NCBI GenBank assembly: GCA_002708995.1
Contig: PAPT01000032.1
Location: forward strand, 100,039-164,038
Direction: 5' to 3'
DNA: 64,000 nucleotides
From: Geminicoccus sp.
GTDB taxonomy: Bacteria; Pseudomonadota; Alphaproteobacteria; UBA7985
This document shows, piece by piece, positions 36,874 through 46,683 of this stretch (the stretch's first letter is position 1; each line of letters starts with the position of its first letter). Made by a program: the position numbers and the translations under genes. The notes under the pieces are model-generated. The model saw nothing but the letters and a program-made list of their open reading frames with translations. It made no database searches and had not been told where the DNA came from.

Positions 36874-38091
36874 TTGGACTACGCTTCATTCTTTTCCGAC
36901 CGTTTGTCATCGCTGCATAATGAAGGGCGCTACCGCGTCTTTGCAAACCTTGAGCGGGTGTCGGGCAAGCACCCCACGGCGGTCTACCGCGATCCCCTGA
37001 CCGGGCAGGCGCGGGAGATTACCGTCTGGTGCTCGAACGACTATCTGGGCATGGGTCAGAACGTAAGCGTGCAGCAGGCCATGGCCAACGCGGCGCTGGA
37101 GCAGGGTGCAGGCGTCGGTGGCACGCGCAATATTTCCGGTACCAACCATCTGCACGTGGAATTGGAGCGGGAGCTAGCTGAACTGCACGGCAAGGAAGCC
37201 GGGCTGACCTTCACCTCCGGCTACGTGAGCAATCTCGCTGCGCTGGGCACGCTGGCTGCAAACCTCAAGGATTGCCTGATTTTCTCTGACCGGCTCAACC
37301 ACGCGTCGATGATCGAAGCGATGCGCTGGGCGCGCGCTGAGAAGGTGATCTTTGCGCACAACGACATGGCCGATCTTGAATCCAAGCTTCGTCAGGCCGA
37401 CCCCGATCGCCCCAAGATCATCGCCTTTGAGTCCTGTTACTCAATGGAGGGCGATTTCGCCCCCATCGGCACCATATGCGACCTCGCGGAAAAGTACGGC
37501 GCGCTGACCTACCTCGATGAAGTCCACGCGGTCGGGCTCTACGGGCTGCACGGCGGCGGGGTATCTGAGCGCGATCAGGAAGCGCATCGGATCGACGTCA
37601 TCGAAGGCACGCTGGCCAAGGCCTTTGGCTGCATGGGCGGCTATATCGCGGCCAACAGCGATATCGTCGACTTTGTCCGCTCCTACGCCTCGGCCTTCAT
37701 TTTCACCACGGCGCTGCCGCCGTCGCTGACCGCCGGTGCGCTGCAGGCTGTGCGCCACCTGAAGGCCAGCCAGCAGGAACGCCTGCGGCTGCAGGAACGC
37801 GCCGCGACGCTGAAGAGCAAGCTGCGCGCCGCTCAGTTGCCGTTCATGATGTCGGAAAGCCATATCGTGCCGGTGCTGGTCGGGGACGCGCGCCGCTGCC
37901 GCGAGGCCTCAGACATCCTGCTCGAAGATTTCAACATCTACGTCCAGCCTATCAACTATCCGACCGTGCCGCGCGGGACCGAGCGATTGCGCTTCACCCC
38001 TGGGCCGATGCACACGGATGGAGACATGGACCACCTGGTCGCAGCGCTGCAAGCGACCTGGGACCGCCTGAGCCTGTCGCAAGCTGCCTGA
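36874..38091 (+). CDS. hemA: 5-aminolevulinate synthase
   Basis: [23 protein letters not shown]…CSNDYLGMG and a PLP-lysine region typical of alphaproteobacterial ALAS. Confidence 0.92.
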   Translation: MDYASFFSDRLSSLHNEGRYRVFANLERVSGKHPTAVYRDPLTGQAREITVWCSNDYLGMGQNVSVQQAMANAALEQGAGVGGTRNISGTNHLHVELERELAELHGKEAGLTFTSGYVSNLAALGTLAANLKDCLIFSDRLNHASMIEAMRWARAEKVIFAHNDMADLESKLRQADPDRPKIIAFESCYSMEGDFAPIGTICDLAEKYGALTYLDEVHAVGLYGLHGGGVSERDQEAHRIDVIEGTLAKAFGCMGGYIAANSDIVDFVRSYASAFIFTTALPPSLTAGALQAVRHLKASQQERLRLQERAATLKSKLRAAQLPFMMSESHIVPVLVGDARRCREASDILLEDFNIYVQPINYPTVPRGTERLRFTPGPMHTDGDMDHLVAALQATWDRLSLSQAA

Positions 38092-38159
38092 AACCCTTCG
38101 AAATCGGAGTCGATTTAGCCCATATGTGCAACGACAAGCTTTACTAAGGCTGGGAAACA

Positions 38160-38471
38160 ATGCTCGTCGCGACCCTAGTTACCATCGCAGAAGCTCTGCA
38201 GTTCGCCGTTCGGGTGCTGAACTTGATCCTGCTGGTTTACATCGTCATCGGCTGGCTGCGTGTGTTCAACGTGGGCTTTGCCTTCAACCCAGTCGTAGGT
38301 CAGATTTACGTCGGGCTGCACTCGGTGCTGGACCCGATCCTGTCGCTGATCCGTCGCGTCATCCCGACCCGCTTCGGCGGTATCGATATTTCCCCCATCG
38401 TTCTGCTCGGCGGGCTATGGCTGATGCAGACCTTCGTAAGAACCTGGGCGCGCCAAATCATGCTCGGCTAG
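38160..38471 (+). CDS. YggT family membrane protein
   Basis: 103 aa with two YGGT-type TM repeats. Confidence 0.7.
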   Translation: MLVATLVTIAEALQFAVRVLNLILLVYIVIGWLRVFNVGFAFNPVVGQIYVGLHSVLDPILSLIRRVIPTRFGGIDISPIVLLGGLWLMQTFVRTWARQIMLG

Positions 38472-38657
38472 GGCGAATGGCCGGAAAAGCGGCCGGTCTT
38501 CGCCAGAGGCTGTCGCTTTAGCGATTGCCGGTGCCTGCTTGCGCCCTATGGTCGCGCCAGAACATATCCGGGAGTGCCGTACAGGCATGGGCGAGGGCGG
38601 GGCCTGCCCGCAGTAGCCGCCACGCACCCGCCGGATCGAAACAAGGAGCACAGCGCC

Positions 38658-39554
38658 ATGACAGCGAAACTGATCGACGGTAAGGCCTTTGCGGCCGGTC
38701 TGCGCGAGCGTGTGAAGGGCGGCGCCGATGCCCTGATGGGCGGCCACGGCGTCACGCCCGGTCTGGCTGTGGTGATCGTCGGTGAAGACCCGGCCAGTCA
38801 GGTCTACGTGCGCAACAAGGTTAAGCAGACCGCTGAAGCCGGGATGGATTCCATCCATCACGAACTGCCTGCAACCACCGAGCAGTCCAAGCTTGAAACG
38901 CTGATCGACACGCTCAATGCCGACCCGAAAATCCACGGCATTCTGGTGCAGCTGCCCCTGCCTAGCCATATCGACAGTGACGCCGTGCTGGCCCGTATCG
39001 TGCCGGAAAAGGACGTGGACGGTTTCCACGAGGTCAACGTTGGCCGCCTCTCGATCGGCGCGACCGGCAACGCCAAGCCGATCATTCCCTGCACGCCCTG
39101 GGGCTCACTGATGCTGATCAAAGACACGCTGGGCGAAATTTCCGGCGCGAACGCCGTTGTCGTCGGCCGCTCGAACATCGTCGGTAAGCCGATGGCGCAG
39201 CTGCTGCTCGGCGCCAATGCTACGGTCACCATCGCGCATTCTCGCACCCGAGACCTGCCGGCGCTGTGCAAGACCGCCGATATTCTGGTCGCCGCTGTGG
39301 GCCGTCCGGAGATGGTACGCGGCGACTGGGTGCGCAACGGCGCCTGTGTGATCGACGTTGGCATAAACCGCATCCCGAAAGACGACGGCAAGACCCGGCT
39401 GGTCGGTGACGTCGCCTTCGATGAGTGCCTCGGCCACGCCGGTTCTATCACCCCAGTGCCGGGCGGGGTCGGCCCCATGACCATCGCCTGCCTGCTCGCC
39501 AACACCCTGACGGCGGCGCACCGCTCGCTGGGGCTGGATGACCCCGAGGTCTGA
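38658..39554 (+). CDS. folD: Bifunctional methylenetetrahydrofolate dehydrogenase / cyclohydrolase
   Basis: [19 protein letters not shown] start, [27 protein letters not shown] motifs; AGGAG RBS 8 nt upstream. Confidence 0.92.
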   Translation: MTAKLIDGKAFAAGLRERVKGGADALMGGHGVTPGLAVVIVGEDPASQVYVRNKVKQTAEAGMDSIHHELPATTEQSKLETLIDTLNADPKIHGILVQLPLPSHIDSDAVLARIVPEKDVDGFHEVNVGRLSIGATGNAKPIIPCTPWGSLMLIKDTLGEISGANAVVVGRSNIVGKPMAQLLLGANATVTIAHSRTRDLPALCKTADILVAAVGRPEMVRGDWVRNGACVIDVGINRIPKDDGKTRLVGDVAFDECLGHAGSITPVPGGVGPMTIACLLANTLTAAHRSLGLDDPEV

Positions 39555-39700
39555 TCTGATCCCCTGATCCGCAGAACACAGCGTCGACCCAGCATCACTC
39601 AGGTGTGAGCCAGCGTTCGCAGGCTTGTGTCGCCTTTCCCCGCCGGTGGTCTATGTTATCGGCCAGACATCGCATGCGACAGGACAGGGGAATTCGGCCC

Positions 39701-40672
39701 ATGACACCCATCATCCGGCCCGACTGGTGGCTGCCAGAGAGTGCAGCAACCGATGAGAGCATTTACCGCAACCGCCGCGACATCCTGAAGGCTCTGGGCA
39801 TCGGCTCCGTCGGTGCCGGCCTGGCACTGAGTGGCGGTCTGCCGGCCGGTGCAGACACCAGCGACCTGTACCCGGTTGATCGCAACCCGAGTTACGCCGC
39901 GACGCTCAATGGCCGTCCCATGACCAGCTACCAGATCGCCACGACCTACAACAACTACTATGAATTCGGCACGTCGAAGAAGGTCTCTGCCAACGCGCAG
40001 AAGCTGACCACCGAGCCGTGGCCCATCGAGATTGGCGGGTTGGTCAACAACCCGATGACGCTGGATTTTGAAGACCTCGTGCGCAAGATGCCGCTCGAAG
40101 AACGCGTCTACCGCCTACGCTGTGTCGAGGCGTGGTCCATGGTCGTGCCGTGGTCGGGTTTCCCGCTGCGCGAGCTTGTGAAAATGGCCGATCCGACCTC
40201 GGATGCGAAATACGTGCGGCTGACATCCTTCCTCCGCCCCGACGAAGCCCGACAGCAGTACCGCAGCCGCTGGCCCTTCCCCTACGTCGAGGGGCTGGAG
40301 CTGGCCGAAGCCACCAATGACCTCGCCTTTATGGTGACGGGGTTGTACGGCGAACCGCTGCCCAAGCAGAACGGCGCGCCCATGCGGCTGACCGTGCCGT
40401 GGAAGTACGGCTTCAAGCACAACAAGGGCATCACCCGCATCGACTTCGTGGCGGAAAAGCCGATGACCTTCTGGATGACCGCAGGGCCGGCCGAATACGG
40501 CTTCTTCGCCAACGTGAACCCGGAGGTGCCGCACCGGCGCTGGTTGCAGGCTACCGAGCGGGATATCGGCCGCCGGGGTCAGCAGATGGAGACCCAGCTC
40601 TATAATGGCTACGCGGCGCAGGTGGCGTCGCTGTACACCGGTCGCGACTCTGGCCGCGACATCTTCTTCTGA
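39701..40672 (+). CDS. msrP: Protein-methionine-sulfoxide reductase catalytic subunit MsrP (YedY), Tat-exported molybdoenzyme
   Basis: Tat motif NRRDILKALGIGS and the sulfite-oxidase-family molybdopterin domain. Confidence 0.85.
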   Translation: MTPIIRPDWWLPESAATDESIYRNRRDILKALGIGSVGAGLALSGGLPAGADTSDLYPVDRNPSYAATLNGRPMTSYQIATTYNNYYEFGTSKKVSANAQKLTTEPWPIEIGGLVNNPMTLDFEDLVRKMPLEERVYRLRCVEAWSMVVPWSGFPLRELVKMADPTSDAKYVRLTSFLRPDEARQQYRSRWPFPYVEGLELAEATNDLAFMVTGLYGEPLPKQNGAPMRLTVPWKYGFKHNKGITRIDFVAEKPMTFWMTAGPAEYGFFANVNPEVPHRRWLQATERDIGRRGQQMETQLYNGYAAQVASLYTGRDSGRDIFF

Positions 40673-40696
40673 TCGGACTGGACTGGACTGGCGGAC

Positions 40697-41086
40697 ATGA
40701 CCCCTGAACCCGTTGTCGATACTGCTGCACGGCCAAGCCTGCGCGGTCGGTTGCTCGGCTGGCTCGCACTGGCGATCCAGGGGCTGGGCCTGCTCGGGCT
40801 GGTGCCGTCGGTCATCGCCTTCCTGATCGGGGTGGTGGTACTGGGGCCGGCGCAGGTTCTGGGTGCTTCGGTCGATGAAATCTGGTTCCAGACCAACGCC
40901 TTCAGCCTCGACCTGTTTCAGGTGTTTATCGAGCGAAAGCTGTTTTTCTGGCTGCCAAACCCGACCGATCCCTGGTTCAACGTGATTCGCCCCATCCTGT
41001 TCCGGCGTCCGGTCACCATCGCGCTCGCCGCCATTATTGTTTTCGCGCTGGGACGCGTGCTGCAGCGGGTCAGCCGCCGGGCCTGA
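40697..41086 (+). CDS. Small hypothetical membrane protein (not MsrQ-like)
   Basis: 129 aa, ~3 TMs, no heme-ligand pattern of MsrQ/YedZ. Confidence 0.4.
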   Translation: MTPEPVVDTAARPSLRGRLLGWLALAIQGLGLLGLVPSVIAFLIGVVVLGPAQVLGASVDEIWFQTNAFSLDLFQVFIERKLFFWLPNPTDPWFNVIRPILFRRPVTIALAAIIVFALGRVLQRVSRRA

Positions 41087-41168
41087 AATAGGGCCTGAAA
41101 GCGCTGGCATCGCTGCGCGCGCCAATGCTACACCGCTGCTAACACAAGTCTGCGGGAGCACTACGACG

Positions 41169-42620
41169 ATGATCACCAAGCACACCTATGTCGGCGGACA
41201 GCCCCGCCCTTCGGGCCTCGAACCCTTCGACAAGCGCTACCCCGCCACCGGGGAAGTGATCGCGAAGATCGAACCGACATCGCTCGAACAGCTCGATGAG
41301 GTCATCGCCGAAGCCGCCGAAGCGCAGAAGGCCTGGGTCGCCCTGTCCGGCACCGAGCGTGGCCGGGTGCTGCTCCGCGCTGCGAAGATTCTGCAGGACC
41401 GCAACGAGGCGCTGTCCCGGGTCGAGGTGATGGACGTTGGCAAAGCCATCGCAGAGGCCGAGAGCGGCGACGTGCCCTCCGGCCCCGACGCGCTCGAGTA
41501 TTTCGGCGGCATCGCCCGCGATATGCCGGGGACCTTCCACACCTACCCCGGCGCGGTCGGCTTTACCCAGCGCGTGCCGCTGGGGGTCTGTGCCGGGATC
41601 GGCGCGTGGAACTACCCGACGCAGATCGCGTGCTGGAAAGCGGCCCCGGCGCTGGCCGCGGGTAACGCCTTCATTCATAAGCCGTCCGAGGAAACCCCAC
41701 TGGTCGCCTATGAGATCGCTGACGCCCTGACCGAAGCCGGTCTGCCCAGCGGCCTGTTCAGCATCGTGCAGGGTGACGCCACCATCGGCCGCGCGCTGTG
41801 CGAGCACCCTGGGGTCGCTAAGGTGTCGCTGACCGGCGGCGTCGACACCGGAAAGCTGATCATCAAGCAGTCTGCCGATACGCTGAAGAAGGTGACGCTC
41901 GAACTCGGCGGCAAGTCGCCGCTGATCGTGTTCGAAGACGCGAACCTCGATGATGCGGTCGGCGTGGCGCTGTCCGCGAATTTCTATACCGCGGGCGAGG
42001 TGTGCTCCAACGGCACGCGGGTGTTCGTGCACCGCTCGATCGCCGACAAGTTCCTCGCCGAAGTCGTCCGCCGCACCGCGAGCATCCGGGTCGGCGACCC
42101 CATGGACCGCGACGTGCAGGTGGGTGCGTTGATCTCCGAGACCCACATTAACAAGGTGCTGGAGTACATCGAAATCGGCAAGGCCGAGGGCGCGACCCTG
42201 TCCGCCGGGGGCAACCGGGTCCGGCCGCAGGGTTTCGAGAACGGCTACTTCGTCGAGCCGACCGTGTTCTCCGGCTGCACCGACAACATGCGTATCGTGC
42301 GTGAGGAGATTTTCGGCCCGGTGATGTCGGTGCTGGTCTTCGACGATGAGGACGAGGCCGTCAGCCGTGCCAACGACACCTTCTTCGGGCTGGGCGCGGG
42401 CCTGATGACCACGTCGCTGGCCCGGGCGCACCGGGTTGCCAACCAGCTGCAGTCCGGCTCGGTCTGGGTCAACACCTACAATATCTGCCCGCCGGATCTG
42501 CCCTTTGGCGGGTCCAAGCAGAGTGGCTTCGGGCGGGAGAACAGCCGCTTCGCCCTGGAAGGCTACACCGAAGTGCGTTCGACCTACATGGACCTCAACA
42601 ATTTCGAGGGCGCTTACTGA
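41169..42620 (+). CDS. NAD(P)-dependent aldehyde dehydrogenase (betaine-aldehyde dehydrogenase-like)
   Basis: Catalytic Glu (ELGGKSP) and Cys (GEVCSNGTR) motifs. Confidence 0.85.
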   Translation: MITKHTYVGGQPRPSGLEPFDKRYPATGEVIAKIEPTSLEQLDEVIAEAAEAQKAWVALSGTERGRVLLRAAKILQDRNEALSRVEVMDVGKAIAEAESGDVPSGPDALEYFGGIARDMPGTFHTYPGAVGFTQRVPLGVCAGIGAWNYPTQIACWKAAPALAAGNAFIHKPSEETPLVAYEIADALTEAGLPSGLFSIVQGDATIGRALCEHPGVAKVSLTGGVDTGKLIIKQSADTLKKVTLELGGKSPLIVFEDANLDDAVGVALSANFYTAGEVCSNGTRVFVHRSIADKFLAEVVRRTASIRVGDPMDRDVQVGALISETHINKVLEYIEIGKAEGATLSAGGNRVRPQGFENGYFVEPTVFSGCTDNMRIVREEIFGPVMSVLVFDDEDEAVSRANDTFFGLGAGLMTTSLARAHRVANQLQSGSVWVNTYNICPPDLPFGGSKQSGFGRENSRFALEGYTEVRSTYMDLNNFEGAY

Positions 42621-42652
42621 CCGCGTCGTGGCAGCGCCCTTTTCGAGCCAAG

Positions 42653-42686
42653 AAAAAAGCCCGCAGCGGTTGCTGCGGGCTTTTTC
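42653..42686. terminator. Bidirectional rho-independent terminator between the convergent aldehyde dehydrogenase and rpmA genes
   Basis: AAAAAA-GCCCGCAGC-ggtt-GCTGCGGGC-TTTTT. Confidence 0.7.
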
Positions 42687-42726
42687 ATATTTTGTCTCAG
42701 TCAGAACAGCGGTGCGGTGTCTGACC

Positions 42727-43407
42727 TCAGGCCATATCGGCGGCAGCTTTGGACCAGTCGCCGAGCTTGGATGCCGCGAGGCCGGTCTCGCCAGCGAGCC
42801 ACTCCAGATCGGCATCGGAGAAACCGCTGAGCTGGGCGTACATATAGACGCCTGCGCCGTTGAGGGCTTCGACAGCCTTCGGACCGAGGCCTTTGATCGC
42901 CTTCAGGTCGTCAGCGTCGGCCGGTGCCTTCTTCAGCAGGCCCTTGGGCGCGCCGCTAGCCTTTGCCGGAGCCGCAACCTTCTCTGCCTTTGGCTTGGCA
43001 GCGGCTTTGGGCTTGGCTTCAGCCTTTTCCTCTGCTGGTGCCTTCACCGCTTTCTTGGAAATCGAGGCCGAAGCAACGGCAACCGCAGCAGCAGCCTTGG
43101 CCGTCGCAGTCGGTGCACCTATCTTCTTGTTGCTCGAAGCCGGGGTGTTCGGGTTTTCGTCTACGATGGACACCAGCGAACGACCGCGCTGGCCGACGTG
43201 GAACTTCACGTAGCCATCGGACAGGGCAAACAGCGTGTGGTCACGGCCCAGGCCCATGTTGGCGCCCGGGTGAAACTTGGTGCCACGCTGGCGCACGATG
43301 ATATTGCCAGCTGTGACAGCTTCGCCGCCGAAGCGCTTGACGCCGAGGCGCTTGCTTTCTGAGTCGCGACCGTTGCGCGAACTACCGCCTGCTTTCTTAT
43401 GTGCCAT
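42727..43407 (-). CDS. rpmA: 50S ribosomal protein bL27 with a ~140-aa C-terminal extension (Lys/Ala-rich linker plus helix-hairpin-helix-like domain)
   Basis: Canonical L27 N-terminus [27 protein letters not shown]…DHTLFAL…GYVKFH. It continues into [10 protein letters not shown]… and a C-terminal [21 protein letters not shown] motif. Confidence 0.8.
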   Translation of the reverse strand: MAHKKAGGSSRNGRDSESKRLGVKRFGGEAVTAGNIIVRQRGTKFHPGANMGLGRDHTLFALSDGYVKFHVGQRGRSLVSIVDENPNTPASSNKKIGAPTATAKAAAAVAVASASISKKAVKAPAEEKAEAKPKAAAKPKAEKVAAPAKASGAPKGLLKKAPADADDLKAIKGLGPKAVEALNGAGVYMYAQLSGFSDADLEWLAGETGLAASKLGDWSKAAADMA

Positions 43408-43517
43408 GTTCTGGCTCCCTCTGGGGACATCTCGGATCAGACGCCGTATTTAGAGCCTGCTCGCGGCTTTGTCCACCTGCGTCGCGTGCATGAAAGCCAG
43501 CCCTCAGCGTCCTAGCC

Positions 43518-45431
43518 TCAGCCCAGATACATGACGTGCGTTTCCGGTAGCGCGTAGACCGGTTCGCCGCTGTACAGCGTCAGTTGATCACCGGTGTTGA
43601 AGTCCATGACGACGGCGTAGCCGTCATAGCGGGTCGTATAATCAGAGGGGGCAAAGCCAACCAATGCGATTTCGTCCACGCCCGATTCGAAATCACCCAC
43701 CTCGTCGATGCCATAACCCGGGGCGAACACGAACACATCCGCACCGCCACCGCCGTAGAGATAATCACGGCCCGGGCCGGGGTCGAGACGGTTGCCGACC
43801 TCGTTGCCAAAGAGGCTGTCGTTGCCCGACCCCGTGGTGGCGTTCTCGATCACCACGTCCAGCGCGATCCCAAGGTTGCCGTAGCTGTAATCGCGCATCA
43901 GGTCGGTCAGCTCGTAGAGCTCCGAGGTTGCGTCGGAGAACACCACTTCGAAGGCGACCCCGCCCGCCCAGTATCCGGGGGCATCAGAAACGATCGCCAG
44001 CTCGGTTTCATCGGCTGAGATTTCTGCGGACAAGTGACTACCGCCGCTCAGGATATTGACGCTGTGGATGGTCACCGGGTTGTCGGTCAGCTCTTCGACC
44101 TGACGCACCCAACGGGCCTGCGGCGGCGCGCCGACAAGGCTAAGCTTGCCAGCATTCAGGTCGATCGACGCGTTGCCGAAGCCGGTGTGGCGGAATTCGT
44201 CGATCCCGCCAGCATCCCAGATGGTCTCGAACACCGGTGTATCGCCGTCGAAGGTATAGACCGTATTGTCGGCCCGGGTGGTCATGTTGGCACCGTAAAG
44301 GTGCTGCAGCGCCGCGATGTCGTAGATCATCGGCTGCGCGGGCGACTGCCCGCCTTCGCCGGTGGACCAGGACAGTTCGCCGCCCATGATGGTGTAGAGG
44401 TCGTCGGCCATCCAAGGGTCCATCTGCCGCCCCTCGAAGGCGTGGTCCAATCCCAGCGCGTGCCCGATCTCGTGCGCTAGCACCGTAGCGCCGCCGCCCA
44501 GTGGGTCTTCGAAGTAGAAATCGCGCATGCTCCCGGGGTCGAGGTGGATGTCGCCGCTGTCTTCGACCGCGCGTGGATCGTCTCCGGCCGGGACCATCGC
44601 CCAGCCTTCGGTCATGCCGGTAGGGTCATCGGCGAAGCCGCCACGGTCGTAGGCGAGGTTGATGTGACCGCGGTTGAGGCCGTCGGCGGTGTAAGTGCCT
44701 GCGCCCTGATCAGTGACTTCGGTCAGCTGGATGTTGGCGACCTCCTCGATCGAGGCCATGATCTCGCGGGTGCGTTCCTGTTCCAGCGTGCCGAAGGGCT
44801 GGATGCCGGCGAAACTGGTGCTCGGCATGGACTCGACTGCGAACGAGTATGTCAGCTCGACCGGCTGGTTGTAGGTGCCGCTGCCGTTCCAGTGCGCGAT
44901 CGGGGAAACGGGGTCGTCCTCGGGGAACAGCAGCGCATCGATGTTCGGATCACCGGTGAAGTAGGGGTCGGTGGGGGCTGGCGGTCTCGGCGGCCCCCAA
45001 GGGTCACCACCTTCGGAGAACAGGGCCAGCGCGAGACTACCCATCGTGAACAGTCCTGCCGCAGCGAAGGCGCCGCCTGCAATCCACTCGATGGGTTCAA
45101 GATCGAAGGGGCGCGTGCGCGCGCTCGCCATCAGCATCGACTGTGTCGGGCTCAGATTGCTCTGCCCGGCGAGGGCGTTGGGGTCGATACTGCCGTCATC
45201 CCTGAGCATGGCCAGTGCTTCGCGCACCGGCGCAGGGACGTCTTCTGCTGCGAGCAGGGTTTCGCCGTCGGGACCGCTGGCACGGTAGGTCCCGGGGGTC
45301 AGCTGCTCGTAGTCGATGCCGTTGAACAGCAAGGCGCCGGCCGGTTCCGCCACGGCGATCCCCGCACCAGCAGCCAGCAGCAGGGGGCGTCGCCGGCGTG
45401 GCCTGTAACCGCGTTGCTTTCGCTTTGACAT
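43518..45431 (-). CDS. Serralysin-like (M10B) zinc metalloprotease with C-terminal RTX Ca-binding repeats
   Basis: HEIGHALGLDH zinc site, Met-turn YTIMGG, GGxGxD nonapeptide repeats (GSGNDSLFG, GGGGADVFVF). N-terminus MSKRKQRGYRPRRRRPLLLAAGAGIAVA is Arg-rich and Tat/anchor-like. Confidence 0.8.
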   Translation of the reverse strand: MSKRKQRGYRPRRRRPLLLAAGAGIAVAEPAGALLFNGIDYEQLTPGTYRASGPDGETLLAAEDVPAPVREALAMLRDDGSIDPNALAGQSNLSPTQSMLMASARTRPFDLEPIEWIAGGAFAAAGLFTMGSLALALFSEGGDPWGPPRPPAPTDPYFTGDPNIDALLFPEDDPVSPIAHWNGSGTYNQPVELTYSFAVESMPSTSFAGIQPFGTLEQERTREIMASIEEVANIQLTEVTDQGAGTYTADGLNRGHINLAYDRGGFADDPTGMTEGWAMVPAGDDPRAVEDSGDIHLDPGSMRDFYFEDPLGGGATVLAHEIGHALGLDHAFEGRQMDPWMADDLYTIMGGELSWSTGEGGQSPAQPMIYDIAALQHLYGANMTTRADNTVYTFDGDTPVFETIWDAGGIDEFRHTGFGNASIDLNAGKLSLVGAPPQARWVRQVEELTDNPVTIHSVNILSGGSHLSAEISADETELAIVSDAPGYWAGGVAFEVVFSDATSELYELTDLMRDYSYGNLGIALDVVIENATTGSGNDSLFGNEVGNRLDPGPGRDYLYGGGGADVFVFAPGYGIDEVGDFESGVDEIALVGFAPSDYTTRYDGYAVVMDFNTGDQLTLYSGEPVYALPETHVMYLG

Positions 45432-45546
45432 TGACCCATTCCACCTTTTGTCGGTGCCCAGAGTGAACCCAGTCTGCCTCAAAGTCATGGCGGAAATGGG
45501 TTCGGCGAGGGTGGAAAGCGGTCATAAAGCTCTGATAAACAAGGGT

Positions 45547-46683
45547 ATGACCCGCACTCAGGACCAGAGCCAGCCCCAGAAACAGCACACCGGAGAGACC
45601 CGGCGGCCCGACCCGCTTGGCGACCGGCGGCTGTCGGTTGCGCCGATGATGGACTGGACAGACCGGCACTGCCGCGCCTTCCACCGACTGCTGTCGCGGG
45701 AAACCCTGCTCTACACCGAGATGGTGACCACCGGCGCTTTGCTGCACGGGGACGTGCCTCGGCATCTGGATTTCGACGCGGCCGAACACCCGGTAGCGTT
45801 GCAGCTGGGTGGGTCCGAACCGGCCGACATGGCGGCTTCGGCCCGGCTGGGTGAGCGCTGGGGCTACCACGAGATCAACATGAACGTCGGCTGCCCGTCC
45901 GACCGGGTTCAGCGGGGGACGTTTGGGGCCTGCCTGATGGCGGAGCCGGGGCTGGTTGCCGCCAATGTTGCCGCCATGCGCGATGCCGTCAGCATCCCCG
46001 TTACCGTCAAGTGCCGGATCGGCATCGATGATCAGGACAGCGAGGCCGCGCTGACCGACTTCGTCGGACAGGTCAGTGAGAAGGGTGGCTGCAGCCGCTT
46101 CATCATCCACGCCCGCAAGGCGTGGCTGCAGGGCCTGAGCCCCAAGGAAAACCGCGATATCCCGCCGCTCGACTATGGCCGCGTGGCGCGGCTCAAGCAG
46201 CAGTTTCCGCACCTGCACGTCGGCATCAATGGTGGAGTTCTCGACCTCGACACCGCGCGGGTTCTTCTGCGTGATGGGCCAGAGCCCGAAGGCGCTGGGG
46301 AGAGCGAGGGCGATCGCCTTCGACTCGGACCGCTCGACAGCGTCATGATCGGCCGCGCGGCCTATCAGAACCCGTGGCTGCTCGCGGAGGCTGACGGGCT
46401 GATCTTCGGCCAGCCGGCAGCTTCGGCGCCCGAGAGCCGCCACGCGGTGATCGAGGCCTTTCTGCCCTATCTGGAGGCGCAGTGCGCGCGCGGCGTGCCG
46501 CTGCACGCCATGACCCGGCACATTCTGGGGCTGTTCAACGGCCAGCCCGGCGCGCGGCTGTGGCGGCGCTATATTTCCGAGAATGCGCCCAGCCGGACAG
46601 CGGGGCCGGAGGTGATGCGTCAGGCGCTGGCCTTCGTCTCCGGCGATGCCCGCTCAGAGACCGAAGCCACCAGAGCCGGGTAG
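45547..46683 (+). CDS. dusA: tRNA-dihydrouridine synthase A
   Basis: LSVAPMMDWTDRHCRAFHR…NVGCPS motifs. Confidence 0.85.
   Translation: MTRTQDQSQPQKQHTGETRRPDPLGDRRLSVAPMMDWTDRHCRAFHRLLSRETLLYTEMVTTGALLHGDVPRHLDFDAAEHPVALQLGGSEPADMAASARLGERWGYHEINMNVGCPSDRVQRGTFGACLMAEPGLVAANVAAMRDAVSIPVTVKCRIGIDDQDSEAALTDFVGQVSEKGGCSRFIIHARKAWLQGLSPKENRDIPPLDYGRVARLKQQFPHLHVGINGGVLDLDTARVLLRDGPEPEGAGESEGDRLRLGPLDSVMIGRAAYQNPWLLAEADGLIFGQPAASAPESRHAVIEAFLPYLEAQCARGVPLHAMTRHILGLFNGQPGARLWRRYISENAPSRTAGPEVMRQALAFVSGDARSETEATRAG

Noticed and set aside
40697-41086. Possibility that this gene is msrQ
   Set aside because: Too short (129 aa) and lacks the six-TM, bis-His heme pattern of MsrQ/YedZ.
41139-42815. 558-aa minus-strand ORF
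   Set aside because: Antisense to the aldehyde dehydrogenase gene, which has unambiguous catalytic motifs (ELGGKSP, GEVCSNG). High-GC shadow ORF.
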